From assembly GCA_964016885.1 (NCBI GenBank), contig OZ024741.1, forward strand, positions 392,150,001 to 392,214,000: a stretch of DNA of 64,000 nt. The letters run 5' to 3'. The position numbers were made by a program, and so were the translations under genes. Numbering within the stretch: position 1 is the stretch's first letter; each line of letters starts with the position of its first letter. This DNA comes from Eledone cirrhosa. Its lineage: Eukaryota. This document shows, piece after piece, positions 42,001 to 56,600 of the stretch. The notes beneath the pieces are model-generated. The model was not told the DNA's origin and made no database searches. It worked only from the letters and a program-made list of their open reading frames with translations.

Positions 42001-45000
42001 GAAAGGATGATAGCAGAAGGTTGTACTTAACACTGAATAGTGTGTTGAAGGTGATGGTGGGAGGTAACATGATAGAAAGGATGATAGCAGAAGGTTGTAC
42101 TTAACACTGAATAGTGTGTTGAAGGTGATGGTGGGGGGTAACATGATAGAAAGGATGATAGCAGAAGGTGTACTTAACACTGAATAGTGTGTTGAAGGTG
42201 ATGGTGGGAGGTAACATGATAGAAAGAATGATAGCAGAAGGTGTACTTAACACTGAATAGTGTGTTGAAGGTGATGGTGGGGGGTAACATGATAGAAAGG
42301 ATGATAGCAGAAGGTGTACTTAACACTGAATAGTGTGTTGAAGGTGATGGTGGGGGGTAACATGATAGAAAGGATGATAGCAGAAGGTGTACTTAACACT
42401 GAATAGTGTGTTGAAGGTGATGGTGGGGGGTAACATGATAGAAAGGATGATAGCAGAAGGTTGTACTTAACACTGAATAGTGTGTTGAAGGTGATGGTAG
42501 GGGGTAACATGATAGAAAGGATGATAGTAGAAGGTGTACTTAACACTGAATAGTGTGTTGAAGGTGATGGTGGGGGGTAACATGATAGAAAGGATGATAG
42601 CAGAAGGTTGTACTTAACACTGAATAGTGTGTTGAAGGTGATGGTGGGGGGTAACATGATAGAAAGGATGATAGCAGAAGGTTGTACTTAACACTGAATA
42701 GTGTGTTGAAGGTGATAGTGGGAGGTGACATGATAGAAAGGATGATAGCAGAAGGTTGTACTTAACACTGAATAGTGTGTTGAAGGTGATGGTGGGGGGT
42801 AACATGATAGAAAGGATGATAGCAGAAGGTTGTACTTAACACTGAATAGTGTGTTGAAGGTGATAGTGGGAGGTAACATGATAGAAAGGATGATAGCAGA
42901 AGGTTGTACTTAACACTGAATAGTGTGTTGAAGGTGATGGTGGGGGGTAACATGATAGAAAGGATGATAGCAGAAGGTTGTACTTAACACTGAATAGTGT
43001 GTTGAAGGTGATGGTGGGGGGTAACATGATAGAAAGGATGATAGCAGAAGGTTGTACTTAACACTGAATAGTGTGTTCAAGGTGATGGTGGGAGGTAACA
43101 TGATAGAAAGGATGATAGCAGAAGGTTGTACTTAACACTGAATAGTGTGTTGAAGGTGATGGTGGGGGGTAACATGATAGAAAGGGTGATAGCAGAAGGT
43201 TGTACTTAACACTGAATAGTGTGTTGAAGGTGATGGTGGGAGGTAACATGATAGAAAGGATGATAGCAGAAGGTGTACTTATCACTGAATAGTGTGTTGA
43301 AGGTGATGGTGGGGGGTAACATGATAGAAAGGATGATAGCAGAAGATTGTACTTAACACTGAATAGTGTGGTGATGGTGGGAGGTAACATGATAGAAAGG
43401 ATGATAGCAGAAGGTTGTACTTAACACTGAATAGTGTGTTGAAGGTGATGGTGGGAGGTAACATGATAGAAAGGTTGATAGCAGAAGGTTGTACTTAACA
43501 CTGAATAGTGTGTTGAAGGTGATGGTGTGGGGTAACATGATAGAAAGGATGATAGCAGAAGGTTGTACTTAACACTGAATAGTGTGTTGAAGGTGATAGT
43601 GGGAGGTAACATGATAGAAAGGATGATAGCAGAAGGTTGTACTTAACACTGAATAGCGTGTTGAAGGTGATGGTGGGAGGTAACATGATAGAAAGGATGA
43701 TAGCAGAAGGTTGTACTTAACACTGAATAGTGTGTTGAAGGTGATGGTGGGGGGTAACATGATAGAAAGGATGATAGCAGAAGGTTGTACTTAACACTGA
43801 ATAGTGTGTTGAAGGTGATGGTGGGGGGTAACATGATAGAAAGGATGATAGCAGAAGGTTGTACTTAACACTGAATAGTGTGTTGAAGGTGATGGTGGGA
43901 GGTAACATGATAGAAAGGATGATAGCAGAAGCTTGTACTTAACACTGAATAGTGTGTTGAAGGTGATGGTGGGGGGTAACATGATAGAAAGGATGATAGC
44001 AGAAGGTTGTACTTAACACTGAATAGTGTGTTGAAGGTGATGGTGGGGGGTAACATGATAGAAAGGATGATAGCAGAAGGTTGTACTTAACACTGAATAG
44101 TGTGTTGAAGGTGATGGTGGGAGGTAACATGATAGAAAGGATGATAGCAGAAGGTTGTACTTAACACTGAATAGTGTGTTGAAGGTGATGGTGGGAGGTA
44201 ACATGATAGAAAGGATGATAGCAGAAGGTTGTACTTAACACTGGATAGTGTGTTGAAGGTGATGGTGGGAGGTAACATGATAGAAAGGATGATAGCAGAA
44301 GGTTGTACTTAACACTGAATAGTGTGTTGAAGGTGATGGTGGGAGGTAACATGACGGAAAGGATGATAGTAGAAGGTTGTACTTAACACTGAATAGTGTG
44401 TTGAAGGTGATAGTGGGAGGTAACATGATAGAAAGGATGATAGCAGAAGGTTGTACTTAACACTGAATAGTGTGTTGAAGGTGATAGTGGGAGGTAACAT
44501 GATAGAAAGGATGATAGCAGAAGGTTGTACTTAACACTGAATAGTGTGTTGAAGGTGATGGTGGGAGGTAACATGATAGAAAAGATGATAGCAGAAGGTT
44601 GTACTTAACACTGAATAGTGTGTTGAAGGTGATGGTGGGGGGTAACATGATCAAAGGATGATAGCAGAAGGTTGTACTTAACACTGAATAGTGTGTTGAA
44701 GGTGATGGTGGGGGGTAACATGATCAAAGGATGATAGCAGAAGGTTGTACTTAACACTGAATAGTGTGTTGAAGGTGATGGTGGGGGGTAACATGATAGA
44801 AAGGATGATAGCAGAAGGTTGTACTTAACACTGAATAGTGTGTTGAAGGTGATGGTGGGAGGTAACATGACAGAAAGTATGATAGCAGAAGGTTGTACGT
44901 AACACTGAATAGTGTGTTGAAGGTGATGGTGGGGGGTAACATGATCAAAGGATGATAGCAGAAGGTTGTACTTAACACTGAATAGTGTGTTGAAGGTGAT

Positions 45001-46734
45001 GGTGGGGTGTAACATGATAGAAAGGATGATAGCAGAAGGTTGTACTTAACACTGAATAGTGTGTTGAAGGTGATGGTGGGAGGTAACATGATAGAAAGGA
45101 TGATAGCAGAAGGTTGTACTTAACACTGAATAGTGTGTTGAAGGTGATGGTGGGAGGTAACATGACAGAAAGGATGATAGCAGAAGGTTGTACTTAACAC
45201 TGAATAGTGTGTTGAAGGTGATGGTGGGAGGTAACATGATAGAAAGGATGATAGCAGAAGGTTGTACTTAACACTGAATAGTGTGTTGAAGGTGATGGTG
45301 GGAGGTAACATGACAGAAAGGATGATAGCAGAAGGTTGTACTTAACACTGAATAGTGTGTTGAAGGTGATGGTGGGGGGTAACATGATAGAAAGGATGAT
45401 AGCAGAAGGTTGTACTTAACACTGAATAGTGTGTTGAAGGTGATAGTGGGAGGTAACATGATAGAAAGGATGATAGCAGAAGGTTGTACTTAACACTGAA
45501 TAGTGTGTTGAAGGTGATGGTGGGGGGTAACATGATAGAAAGGATGATAGCAGAAGGTTGTACTTAACACTGAATAGTGTGTTGAAGGTGATGGTGGGAG
45601 GTAACATGACAGAAAGGATGATAGCAGAAGGTTGTACTTAACACTGAATAGTGTGTTGAAGGTGATGGTGGGAGGTAACATGATAGAAAGGATGATAGCA
45701 GAAGGTTGTACTTAACACTGAATAGTGTGTTGAAGGTGATGGTGGGGGGTAACATGATCAAAGATGATAGCAGAAGGTTGTACTTAACACTGAATAGTGT
45801 GTTGAAGGTGATGGTGGGGGGTAACATGATAGAAAGGATGATAGCAGAAGGTTGTACTTAACACTGAATAGTGTGTTGAAGGTGATGGTGGGGGGTAACA
45901 TGATCAAAGGATGATAGCAGAAGGTTGTACTTAACACTGAATAGTGTGTTGAAGGTGATGGTGGGGGGTAACATGATAGAAAGGATGATAGCAGAAGGTT
46001 GTACTTAACACTGAATAGTGTGTTGAAGGTGATAGTGGGAGGTAACATGATAGAAAGGATGATAGCAGAAGGTTGTACTTAACACTGAATAGTGTGTTGA
46101 AGGTGATGGTGGGGGGTAACATGATAGAAAGGATGATAGCAGAAGGTTGTACTTAACACTGAATAGTGTGTTGAAGGTGATGGTGGGAGGTAACATGACA
46201 GAAAGGATGATAGCAGAAGGTTGTACTTAACACTGAATAGTGTGTTGAAGGTGATGGTGGGAGGTAACATGACAGAAAGGATGATAGCAGAAGGTTGTAC
46301 TTAACACTGAATAGTGTGTTGAAGGTGATAGTGGGAGGTAACATGATAGAAAGGATGATAGCAGAAGGTTGTACTTAACACTGAATAGTGTGTTGAAGGT
46401 GATGGTGGGGGGTAACATGATCAAAGATGATAGCAGAAGGTTGTACTTAACACTGAATAGTGTGTTGAAGGTGATGGTGGGGGGTAACATGATAGAAAGG
46501 ATGATAGCAGAAGGTTGTACTTAACACTGAATAGTGTGTTGAAGGTGATAGTGGGAGGTAACATGATAGAAAGGATGATAGCAGAAGGTTGTACTTAACA
46601 CTGAATAGTGTGTTGAAGGTGATGGTGGGAGGTAACATGATAGAAAAGATGATAGCAGAAGGTTGTACTTAACACTGAATAGTGTGTTGAAGGTGATGGT
46701 GGGGGGTAACTTGATAGAAAGGATGATAGCAGAA

Positions 46735-47320
46735 GGTTGTACTTAACACTGAATAGTGTGTTGAAGGTGATGGTGGGGGGTAACATGATAGAAAGGATGA
46801 TAGCAGAAGGTTGTACTTAACACTGAATAGTGTGTTGAAGGTGATAGTGGGAGGTAACATGATAGAAAGGATGATAGCAGAAGGTTGTACTTAACACTGA
46901 ATAGTGTGTTGAAGGTGATGGTGGGGGGTAACATGATCAAAGATGATAGCAGAAGGTTGTACTTAACACTGAATAGTGTGTTGAAGGTGATGGTGGGGGG
47001 TAACATGATAGAAAGGATGATAGCAGAAGGTTGTACTTAACACTGAATAGTGTGTTGAAGGTGATAGTGGGAGGTAACATGATAGAAAGGATGATAGCAG
47101 AAGGTTGTACTTAACACTGAATAGTGTGTTGAAGGTGATGGTGGGGGGTAACATGATCAAAGATGATAGCAGAAGGTTGTACTTAACACTGAATAGTGTG
47201 TTGAAGGTGATGGTGGGGGGTAACATGATAGAAAGGATGATAGCAGAAGGTTGTACTTAACACTGAATAGTGTGTTGAAGGTGATAGTGGGAGGTAACAT
47301 GATAGAAAGGATGATAGCAG
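46735..47320. repeat. 220-bp trimer higher-order repeat (~2.7 copies)
   Basis: G-allele / GATAGTGGGA / 72-bp GATCAAAGATG monomers repeat, with ORF-track starts at 46743, 46963 and 47183. Confidence 0.8.
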
Positions 47321-47619
47321 AAGGTTGTACTTAACACTGAATAGTGTGTTGAATGTGATGGTGGGGGGTAACATGATAGAAAGGATGATAGCAGAAGGGT
47401 GTACTTAACACTGAATAGTGTGTTGAAGGTGATGGTGGGGGGTAACATGATAGAAAGGATGATAGCAGAAGGTTGTACTTAACACTGAATAGTGTGTTGA
47501 AGGTGATAGTGGGAGGTAACATGATAGAAAGGATGATAGCAGAAGGTTGTACTTAACACTGAATAGTGTGTTGAAGGTGATGGTGGGAGGTAACATGATA
47601 GAAAAGATGATAGCAGAAG

Positions 47620-49090
47620 GTTGTACTTAACACTGAATAGTGTGTTGAAGGTGATGGTGGGGGGTAACTTGATAGAAAGGATGATAGCAGAAGGTTGTAC
47701 TTAACACTGAATAGTGTGTTGAAGGTGATGGTGGGGGGTAACATGATCAAAGGATGATAGCAGAAGGTTGTACTTAACACTGAATAGTGTGTTGAAGGTG
47801 ATGGTGGGGGGTAACATGATCAAAGGATGATAGCAGAAGGTTGTACTTAACACTGAATAGTGTGTTGAAGGTGATGGTGGGGGGTAACATGATAGAAAGG
47901 ATGATAGCAGAAGGTTGTACTTAACACTGAATAGTGTGTTGAAGGTGATGGTGGGAGGTAACATGATAGAAAGGATGATAGCAGAAGGTTGTACTTAACA
48001 CTGAATAGTGTGTTGAAGGTGATGGTGGGAGGTAACATGATAGAAAAGATGATAGCAGAAGGTTGTACTTAACACTGAATAGTGTGTTGAAGGTGATGGT
48101 GGGGGGTAACTTGATAGAAAGGATGATAGCAGAAGGTTGTACTTAACACTGAATAGTGTGTTGAAGGTGATGGTGGGGGGTAACATGATCAAAGGATGAT
48201 AGCAGAAGGTTGTACTTAACACTGAATAGTGTGTTGAAGGTGATGGTGGGGGGTAACATGATCAAAGGATGATAGCAGAAGGTTGTACTTAACACTGAAT
48301 AGTGTGTTGAAGGTGATGGCGGGGGGTAACATGATAGAAAGGATGATAGCAGAAGGTTGTACTTAACACTGAATAGTGTGTTGAAGGTGATGGTGGGGGG
48401 TAACTTGATAGAAAGGATGATAGCAGAAGGTTGTACTTAACACTGAATAGTGTGTTGAAGGTGATGGTGGGGGGTAACATGATCAAAGGATGATAGCAGA
48501 AGGTTGTACTTAACACTGAATAGTGTGTTGAAGGTGATGGTGGGGGGTAACATGATCAAAGGATGATAGCAGAAGGTTGTACTTAACACTGAATAGTGTG
48601 TTGAAGGTGATGGTGGGGGGTAACATGATAGAAAGGATGATAGCAGAAGGTTGTACTTAACACTGAATAGTGTGTTGAAGGTGATGGTGGGAGGTAACAT
48701 GATAGAAAGGATGATAGCAGAAGGTTGTACTTAACACTGAATAGTGTGTTGAAGGTGATGGTGGGAGGTAACATGATAGAAAAGATGATAGCAGAAGGTT
48801 GTACTTAACACTGAATAGTGTGTTGAAGGTGATGGTGGGGGGTAACTTGATAGAAAGGATGATAGCAGAAGGTTGTACTTAACACTGAATAGTGTGTTGA
48901 AGGTGATGGTGGGGGGTAACATGATCAAAGGATGATAGCAGAAGGTTGTACTTAACACTGAATAGTGTGTTGAAGGTGATGGTGGGGGGTAACATGATCA
49001 AAGGATGATAGCAGAAGGTTGTACTTAACACTGAATAGTGTGTTGAAGGTGATGGCGGGGGGTAACATGATAGAAAGGATGATAGCAGAA
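47620..49090. repeat. ~736-bp (10-monomer) tandem duplication with a 442-bp (6-mer) internal period
   Basis: TAACTTGATAG is at ~47665, 48107, 48401 and 48843. GATGGCGGGG is at ~48315 and ~49051. GAAAAGATG is at ~47601, ~48043 and ~48779. Confidence 0.85.
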
Positions 49091-52000
49091 GGTTGTACTT
49101 AACACTGAATAGTGTGTTGAAGGTGATGGTGGGAGGTAACATGACAGAAAGGATGATAGCAGAAGGTTGTACGTAACACTGAATAGTGTGTTGAAGGTGA
49201 TGGTGGGGGGTAACATGATCAAAGGATGATAGCAGAAGGTTGTACTTAACACTGAATAGTGTGTTGAAGGTGATGGTGGGGGGTAACATGATAGAAAGGA
49301 TGATAGCAGAAGGTTGTACTTAACACTGAATAGTGTGTTGAAGGTGATGGTGGGAGGTAACATGATAGAAAGGATGATAGCAGAAGGTTGTACTTAACAC
49401 TGAATAGTGTGTTGAAGGTGATGGTGGGAGGTAACATGACAGAAAGGATGATAGCAGAAGGTTGTACTTAACACTGAATAGTGTGTTGAAGGTGATGGTG
49501 GGAGGTAACATGATAGAAAGGATGATAGCAGAAGGTTGTACTTAACACTGAATAGTGTGTTGAAGGTGATGGTGGGGGGTAACATGATCAAAGGATGATA
49601 GCAGAAGGTTGTACTTAACACTGAATAGTGTGTTGAAGGTGATGGTGGGGGGTAACATGATAGAAAGGATGATAGCAGAAGGTTGTACTTAAAACTGAAT
49701 AGTGTGTTGAAGGTGATAGTGGGAGGTAACATGATAGAAAGGATGATAGCAGAAGGTTGTACTTAACACTGAATAGTGTGTTGAAGGTGATGGTGGGGGG
49801 TAACATGATAGAAAGGATGATAGCAGAAGGTTGTACTTAACACTGAATAGTGTGTTGAAGGTGATGGTGGGAGGTAACATGACAGAAAGGATGATAGCAG
49901 AAGGTTGTACTTAACACTGAATAGTGTGTTGAAGGTGATGGTGGGAGGTAACATGATAGAAAGGATGATAGCAGAAGGTTGTACTTAACACTGAATAGTG
50001 TGTTGAAGGTGATGGTGGGGGGTAACATGATCAAAGATAATAGCAGAAGGTTGTACTTAACACTGAATAGTGTGTTGAAGGTGATGGTGGGGGGTAACAT
50101 GATAGAAAGGATGATAGCAGAAGGTTGTACTTAACACTGAATAGTGTGTTGAAGGTGATAGTGGGAGGTAACATGATAGAAAGGATGATAGCAGAAGGTT
50201 GTACTTAACACTGAATAGTGTGTTGAATGTGATGGTGGGGGGTAACATGATAGAAAGGATGATAGCAGAAGGGTGTACTTAACACTGAATAGTGTGTTGA
50301 AGGTGATGGTGGGGGGTAACATGATAGAAAGGATGATAGCAGAAGGTTGTACTTAACACTGAATAGTGTGTTGAAGGTGATGGTGGGGGGTAACATGATA
50401 GAAAGGATGATAGCAGAAGGTTGTAATTAACACTGAATAGTGTGTTGAAGGTGATAGTGGGAGGTAACATGATAGAAAGGATGATAGCAGAAGGTTGTAC
50501 TTAACACTGAATAGTGTGTTGAATGTGATGGTGGGGGGTAACATGATAGAAAGGATGATAGCAGAAGGTTGTACTTAACACTGAATAGTGTGTTGAAGGT
50601 GATGGTGGGGGGTAACATGATAGAAAGGATGATAGCAGAAGGTTGTACTTAACACTGAATAGTGTGTTGAAGGTGATGGTGGGGGGTAACATGATAGAAA
50701 GGATGATAGCAGAAGGTTGTACTTAACACTGAATAGTGTGTTGAAGGTGATGGTGGGGGGTAACATGATAGAAAGGATGATAGCAGAAGGTTGTACTTAA
50801 CACTGAATAGTGTGTTGAAGGTGATGGTGGGGGGTAACATGATAGAAGGATGATAGCAGAAGGTTGTACTTAACACTGAATAGTGTGTTGAAGGTGATGG
50901 TGGGAGGTAACATGATAGAAAGGGTGATAGCAGAAGGTTGTACTTAACACTGAATAGTGTGTTGAAGGTGATGGTGGGGGGTAACATGATAGAAAGGATG
51001 ATAGCAGAAGGTTGTACTTAACACTGAATAGTGTGTTGAAGGTGATGGTGGGGGGTAACATGATAGAAAGGATGATAGCAGAAGGTTGTACTTAACACTG
51101 AATAGTGTGTTGAAGGTGATGGTGGGGGGTAACATGATAGAAAGGATGATAGCAGAAGGTTGTACTTAACACTGGATAGTGTGTTGAAGGTGATGGTGGG
51201 GGGTAACATGATAGAAAGGATGATAGCAGAAGGTTGTACTTAACACTGAATAGTGTGTTGAAGGTGATAGTGGGAGGTAACATGATAGAAAGGATGATAG
51301 CAGAAGGTTGTACTTAACACTGAATAGTGTGTTGAAGGTGATAGTGGGAGGTAACATGATAGAAAGGATGATAGCAGAAGGTTGTACTTAACACTGAATA
51401 GTGTGTTGAAGGTGATAGTGGGAGGTAACATGATAGAAAGGATGATAGCAGAAGGTTGTACTTAACACTGAATAGTGTGTTGAAGGTGATGGTGGGAGGT
51501 AACATGATAGAAAGGATGATAGCAGAAGGTTGTACTTAACACTGAATAGTGTGTTGAAGGTGATGGTGGGAGGTAACATGATAGAAAGGATGATAGCAGA
51601 AGGTTGTACTTAACACTGAATAGTGTGTTGAAGGTGATGGTGGGGGGTAACATGATAGAAAGGATGATAGCAGAAGGTTGTACTTAACACTGAATAGTGT
51701 GTTGAAGGTGATGGTGGGAGGTAACATGATAGAAAGGATGATAGCAGAAGGTTGTACTTAACACTGAATAGTGTGTTGAAGGTGATGGTGGGAGGTAACA
51801 TGATAGAAAGGATGATAGCAGAAGGTTGTACTTAACACTGAATAGTGTGTTGAAGGTGATAGTGGGAGGTAACATGATAGAAAGGATGATAGCAGAAGGT
51901 TGTACTTAACACTGAATAGTGTGTTGAAGGTGATGGTGGGAGGTAACATGATAGAAAGGATGATAGCAGAAGGTTGTACTTAACACTGAATAGTGTGTTG

Positions 52001-52489
52001 AAGGTGATGGTGGGAGGTAACATGATAGAAAGGATGATAGCAGAAGGTTGTACTTAACACTGAATAGTGTGTTGAAGGTGGTAGTGGGAGGTAACATGAT
52101 AGAAAGGATGATAGCAGAAGGTTGTACTTAACACTGAATAGTGTGTTGAAGGTGATGGTGGGAGGTAACATGATAGAAAGGATGATAGCAGAAGGTTGTA
52201 CTTAACACTGAATAGTGTGTTGAAGGTGATGGTGGGAGGTAACATGATAGAAAGGATGATAGCAGAAGGTTGTACTTAACACTGAATAGTGTGTTGAAGG
52301 TGATGGTGGTAGGTAACATGATAGAAAGGATGATAGCAGAAGGTTGTACTTAACACTGAATAGTGTGTTGAAGCTGATGGTGGGAGGTAACATGATAGAA
52401 AGGATGATAGCAGAAGGTTGTACTTAACACTGAATAGTGTGTTAAAGGTGATGGTGGGGGGTAACATGATAGAAAGGATGATAGCAGAA

Positions 52490-53680
52490 GGTTGTACTTA
52501 ACACTGAATAGTGTGTTGAAGGTGATGGTGGGGGGTAACATGATAGAAAGGATGATACAGAAGGTTGTACTAAACACTGAATAGTGTGTTGAAGGTGATG
52601 GTGGGGGGTAACATGATAGAAAGGATGATAGCAGAAGGTTGTACTTAACACTGAATAGTGTGTTGAAGCTGATGGTGGGGGGTAACATGATAGAAAGGAT
52701 GATAGCAGAAGGTTGCACTTAACACTGAATAGTGTGTTGAAGGTGATAGTGGGAGGTAACATGATAGAAAGGGTGATAGCAGAAGGTTGTACTTAACACT
52801 GAATAGTGTGTTGAAGGTGATGGTGGGAGGTAACATGATAGAAAGGGTGATAGCAGAAGGTTGTACTTAACACTGAATAGTGTGTTGAAGGTGATGGTGG
52901 GGGGTAACATGATAGAAAGGATGATAGCAGAAGGTTGTACTTAACACTGAATAGTTTGTTGAAGCTGATGGTGGGAGGTAACATGATAGAAAGGATGATA
53001 GCAGAAGGTTGTACTTAACACTGAATAGTGTGTTGAAGGTGATGGTGGGGGGTAACATGATAGAAAGGATGATAGCAGAAGGTTGTACTTAACACTGAAT
53101 AGTGTGTTGAAGCTGATGGTGGGAGGTAACATGATAGAAAGGATGATAGCAGAAGGTTGTACTAAACACTGAATAGTGTGTTGAAGGTGATGGTGGGGGG
53201 TAACATGATAGAAAGGATGATAGCAGAAGGTTGTACTTAACACTGAATAGTGTGTTGAAGCTGATGGTGGGGGGTAACATGATAGAAAGGATGATAGCAG
53301 AAGGTTGCACTTAACACTGAATAGTGTGTTGAAGGTGATAGTGGGAGGTAACATGATAGAAAGGGTGATAGCAGAAGGTTGTACTTAACACTGAATAGTG
53401 TGTTGAAGGTGATGGTGGGAGGTAACATGATAGAAAGGGTGATAGCAGAAGGTTGTACTTAACACTGAATAGTGTGTTGAAGGTGATGGTGGGGGGTAAC
53501 ATGATAGAAAGGATGATAGCAGAAGGTTGTACTTAACACTGAATAGTGTGTTGAAGCTGATGGTGGGAGGTAACATGATAGAAAGGATGATAGCAGAAGG
53601 TTGTACTTAACACTGAATAGTGTGTTGAAGGTGATGGTGGGGGGTAACATGATAGAAAGGATGATAGCAGAAGGTTGTAC
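52490..53680. repeat. 592-bp (8-monomer) tandem duplication, with a further copy at ~56180-56690
   Basis: The series TACTAAAC, AAGCTG, TTGCACTT, AAGGGTG x2 recurs, with ORF-track starts at 52645, 53237 and 56262. Confidence 0.85.
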
Positions 53681-56600
53681 TTAACACTGAATAGTGTGTT
53701 GAAGCTGATGGTGGGAGGTAACATGATAGAAAGGATGATAGCAGAAGGTTGTACTTAACACTGAATAGTGTGTTGAAGGTGATGGTGGCAGGTAACATGA
53801 TAGAAAGGGTGATAGCAGAAGGTTGTACTTAACACTGAATAGTGTGTTGAAGGTGATGGTGGGAGGTAACATGATAGAAAGGATGATAGCAGAAGGTTGT
53901 ACTTAACACTGAATAGTGTGTTGAAGGTGATAGTGGGAGGTAACATGATAGAAAGGTTGATAGCAGAAGGTTGTACTTAACACTGAATAGTGTGTTGAAG
54001 CTGATGGTGGGGGGTAACATGATAGAAAGGATGATAGCAGAAGGTTGTACTTAACACTGAATAGTGTGTTGAAGGTTATGGTGGGGGGTAACATGATAGA
54101 AAGGATGATAGCAGAAGGTTGTACTTAACACTGAATAGTGTGTTGAAGGTGATGGTGGGAGGTAACATGATAGAAAGGATGATAGCAGAAGGTTGTACTT
54201 AACACTGAATAGTGTGTTGAAGGTGATGGTGGGGGGTAACATGATAGAAAGGATGATAGCAGAAGGTTGTACTTAACACTGAATAGTGTGTTGAAGGTGA
54301 TGGTGGGAGGTAACATGATCGAAAGGATGATAGCAGAAGGTTGTACTTAACACTGAATAGTGTGTTGAAGGTGGTGGTGGGGGTTAACATGATCAAAGGA
54401 TGATAGCAGAAGGTTGTACTTAACACTGAATAGTGTGTTGAAGGTGATGGTGGGGGGTAACATGATAGAAAGGATGATAGCAGAAGGTTGTACTTAACAC
54501 TGAATAGTGTGTTGAAGGTGATGGTGGGGGGTAACATGATAGAAAGGATGATAGCAGAAGGTTGTACTTAACACTGAATAGTGTGTTGAAGGTGATGGTG
54601 GGGGGTAACATGATAGAAAGGATGATAGCAGAAGGTTGTACTTAACACTGAATAGTGTGTTGAAGGTGATGGTGGGGGGTAACATGATAGAAAGGATGAT
54701 AGTAGAAGGTGTACTTAACACTGAATAGTGTGTTGAAGGTGATGGTGGGGGGTAACATGATAGAAGGATGATAGCAGAAGGTTGTACTTAACACTGAATA
54801 GTGTGTTGAAGGTGATGGTGGGGGGTAACATGATAGAAAGGATGATAGCAGAAGGTGTACTTAACACTGAATAGTGTGTTGAAGGTGATGGTGGGGGGTA
54901 ACATGATAGAAAGGATGATAGTAGAAGGTGTACTTAACACTGAATAGTGTGTTGAAGGTGATGGTGGGAGGTAACATGATAGAAAGGGTGGTAGCAGAAG
55001 GTTGTACTTAACACTGAATAGTGTGTTGAAGGTGATGGTGGGAGGTAACATGATAGAAAGGATGATAGCAGAAGGTTGTACTTAACACTGAATAGTGTGT
55101 TGAAGGTGATGGTGGGAGGTAACATGATAGAAAGGATGATAGCAGAAGGTTGTACTTAACACTGAATAGTGTGTTGAAGGTGATGGTGGGAGGTAACATG
55201 ATAGAAAGGATGATAGCAGAAGGTTGTACTTAACACTGAATAGTGTGTTGAAGGTGATGGTGGGGGGTAACATGATAGAAAGGATGATAGCAGAAGGTGT
55301 ACTTAACACTGAATAGTGTGTTGAAGGTGATGGTGGGGGGTAACATGATAGAAAGGATGATAGTAGAAGGTGTACTTAACACTGAATAGTGTGTTGAAGG
55401 TGATGGTGGGAGGTAACATGATAGAAAGGGTGATAGCAGAAGGTTGTACTTAACACTGAATAGTGTGTTGAAGGTGATGGTGGGAGGTAACATGATAGAA
55501 AGGATGATAGCAGAAGGTTGTACTTAACACTGAATAGTGTGTTGAAGGTGATGGTGGGAGGTAACATGATAGAAAGGATGATAGCAGAAGGTTGTACTTA
55601 ACACTGAATAGTGTGTTGAAGGTGATGGTGGGAGGTAACATGATAGAAAGGATGATAGCAGAAGGTTGTACTTAACACTGAATAGTGTGTTGAAGGTGAT
55701 GGTGGGAGGTAACATGACAGAAAGGATGATAGCAGAAGGTTGTACTTAACACTGAATAGTGTGTTGAAGGTGATGGTGGGAGGTAACATGATAGAAAGGA
55801 TGATAGCAGAAGGCTGTACTTAACACTGAATAGTGTGTTGAAGGTGATGGTGGGAGGTAACATGATAGAAAGGATGATAGCAGAAGGTTGTACTTAACAC
55901 TGAATAGTGTGTTGAAGGTGATGGTGGGGGGTAACATGATAGAAAGGATGATAGCAGAAGGTGTACTTAACACTGAATAGTGTGTTGAAGGTGATGGTGG
56001 GGGGTAACATGATAGAAAGGATGATAGTAGAAGGTGTACTTAACACTGAATAGTGTGTTGAAGGTGATGGTGGGAGGTAACATGATAGAAAGGGTGATAG
56101 CAGAAGGTTGTACTTAACACTGAATAGTGTGTTGAAGGTGATGGTGGGAGGTAACATGATAGAAAGGATGATAGCAGAAGGTTGTACTAAACACTGAATA
56201 GTGTGTTGAAGGTGATGGTGGGGGGTAACATGATAGAAAGGATGATAGCAGAAGGTTGTACTTAACACTGAATAGTGTGTTGAAGCTGATGGTGGGGGGT
56301 AACATGATAGAAAGGATGATAGCAGAAGGTTGCACTTAACACTGAATAGTGTGTTGAAGGTGATAGTGGGAGGTAACATGATAGAAAGGGTGATAGCAGA
56401 AGGTTGTACTTAACACTGAATAGTGTGTTGAAGGTGATGGTGGGAGGTAACATGATAGAAAGGGTGATAGCAGAAGGTTGTACTTAACACTGAATAGTGT
56501 GTTGAAGGTGATGGTGGGCGGTAACATGATAGAAAGGATGATAGCAGAAGGTTGTACTTAACACTGAATAGTGTGTTGAAGCTGATGGTGGGAGGTAACA

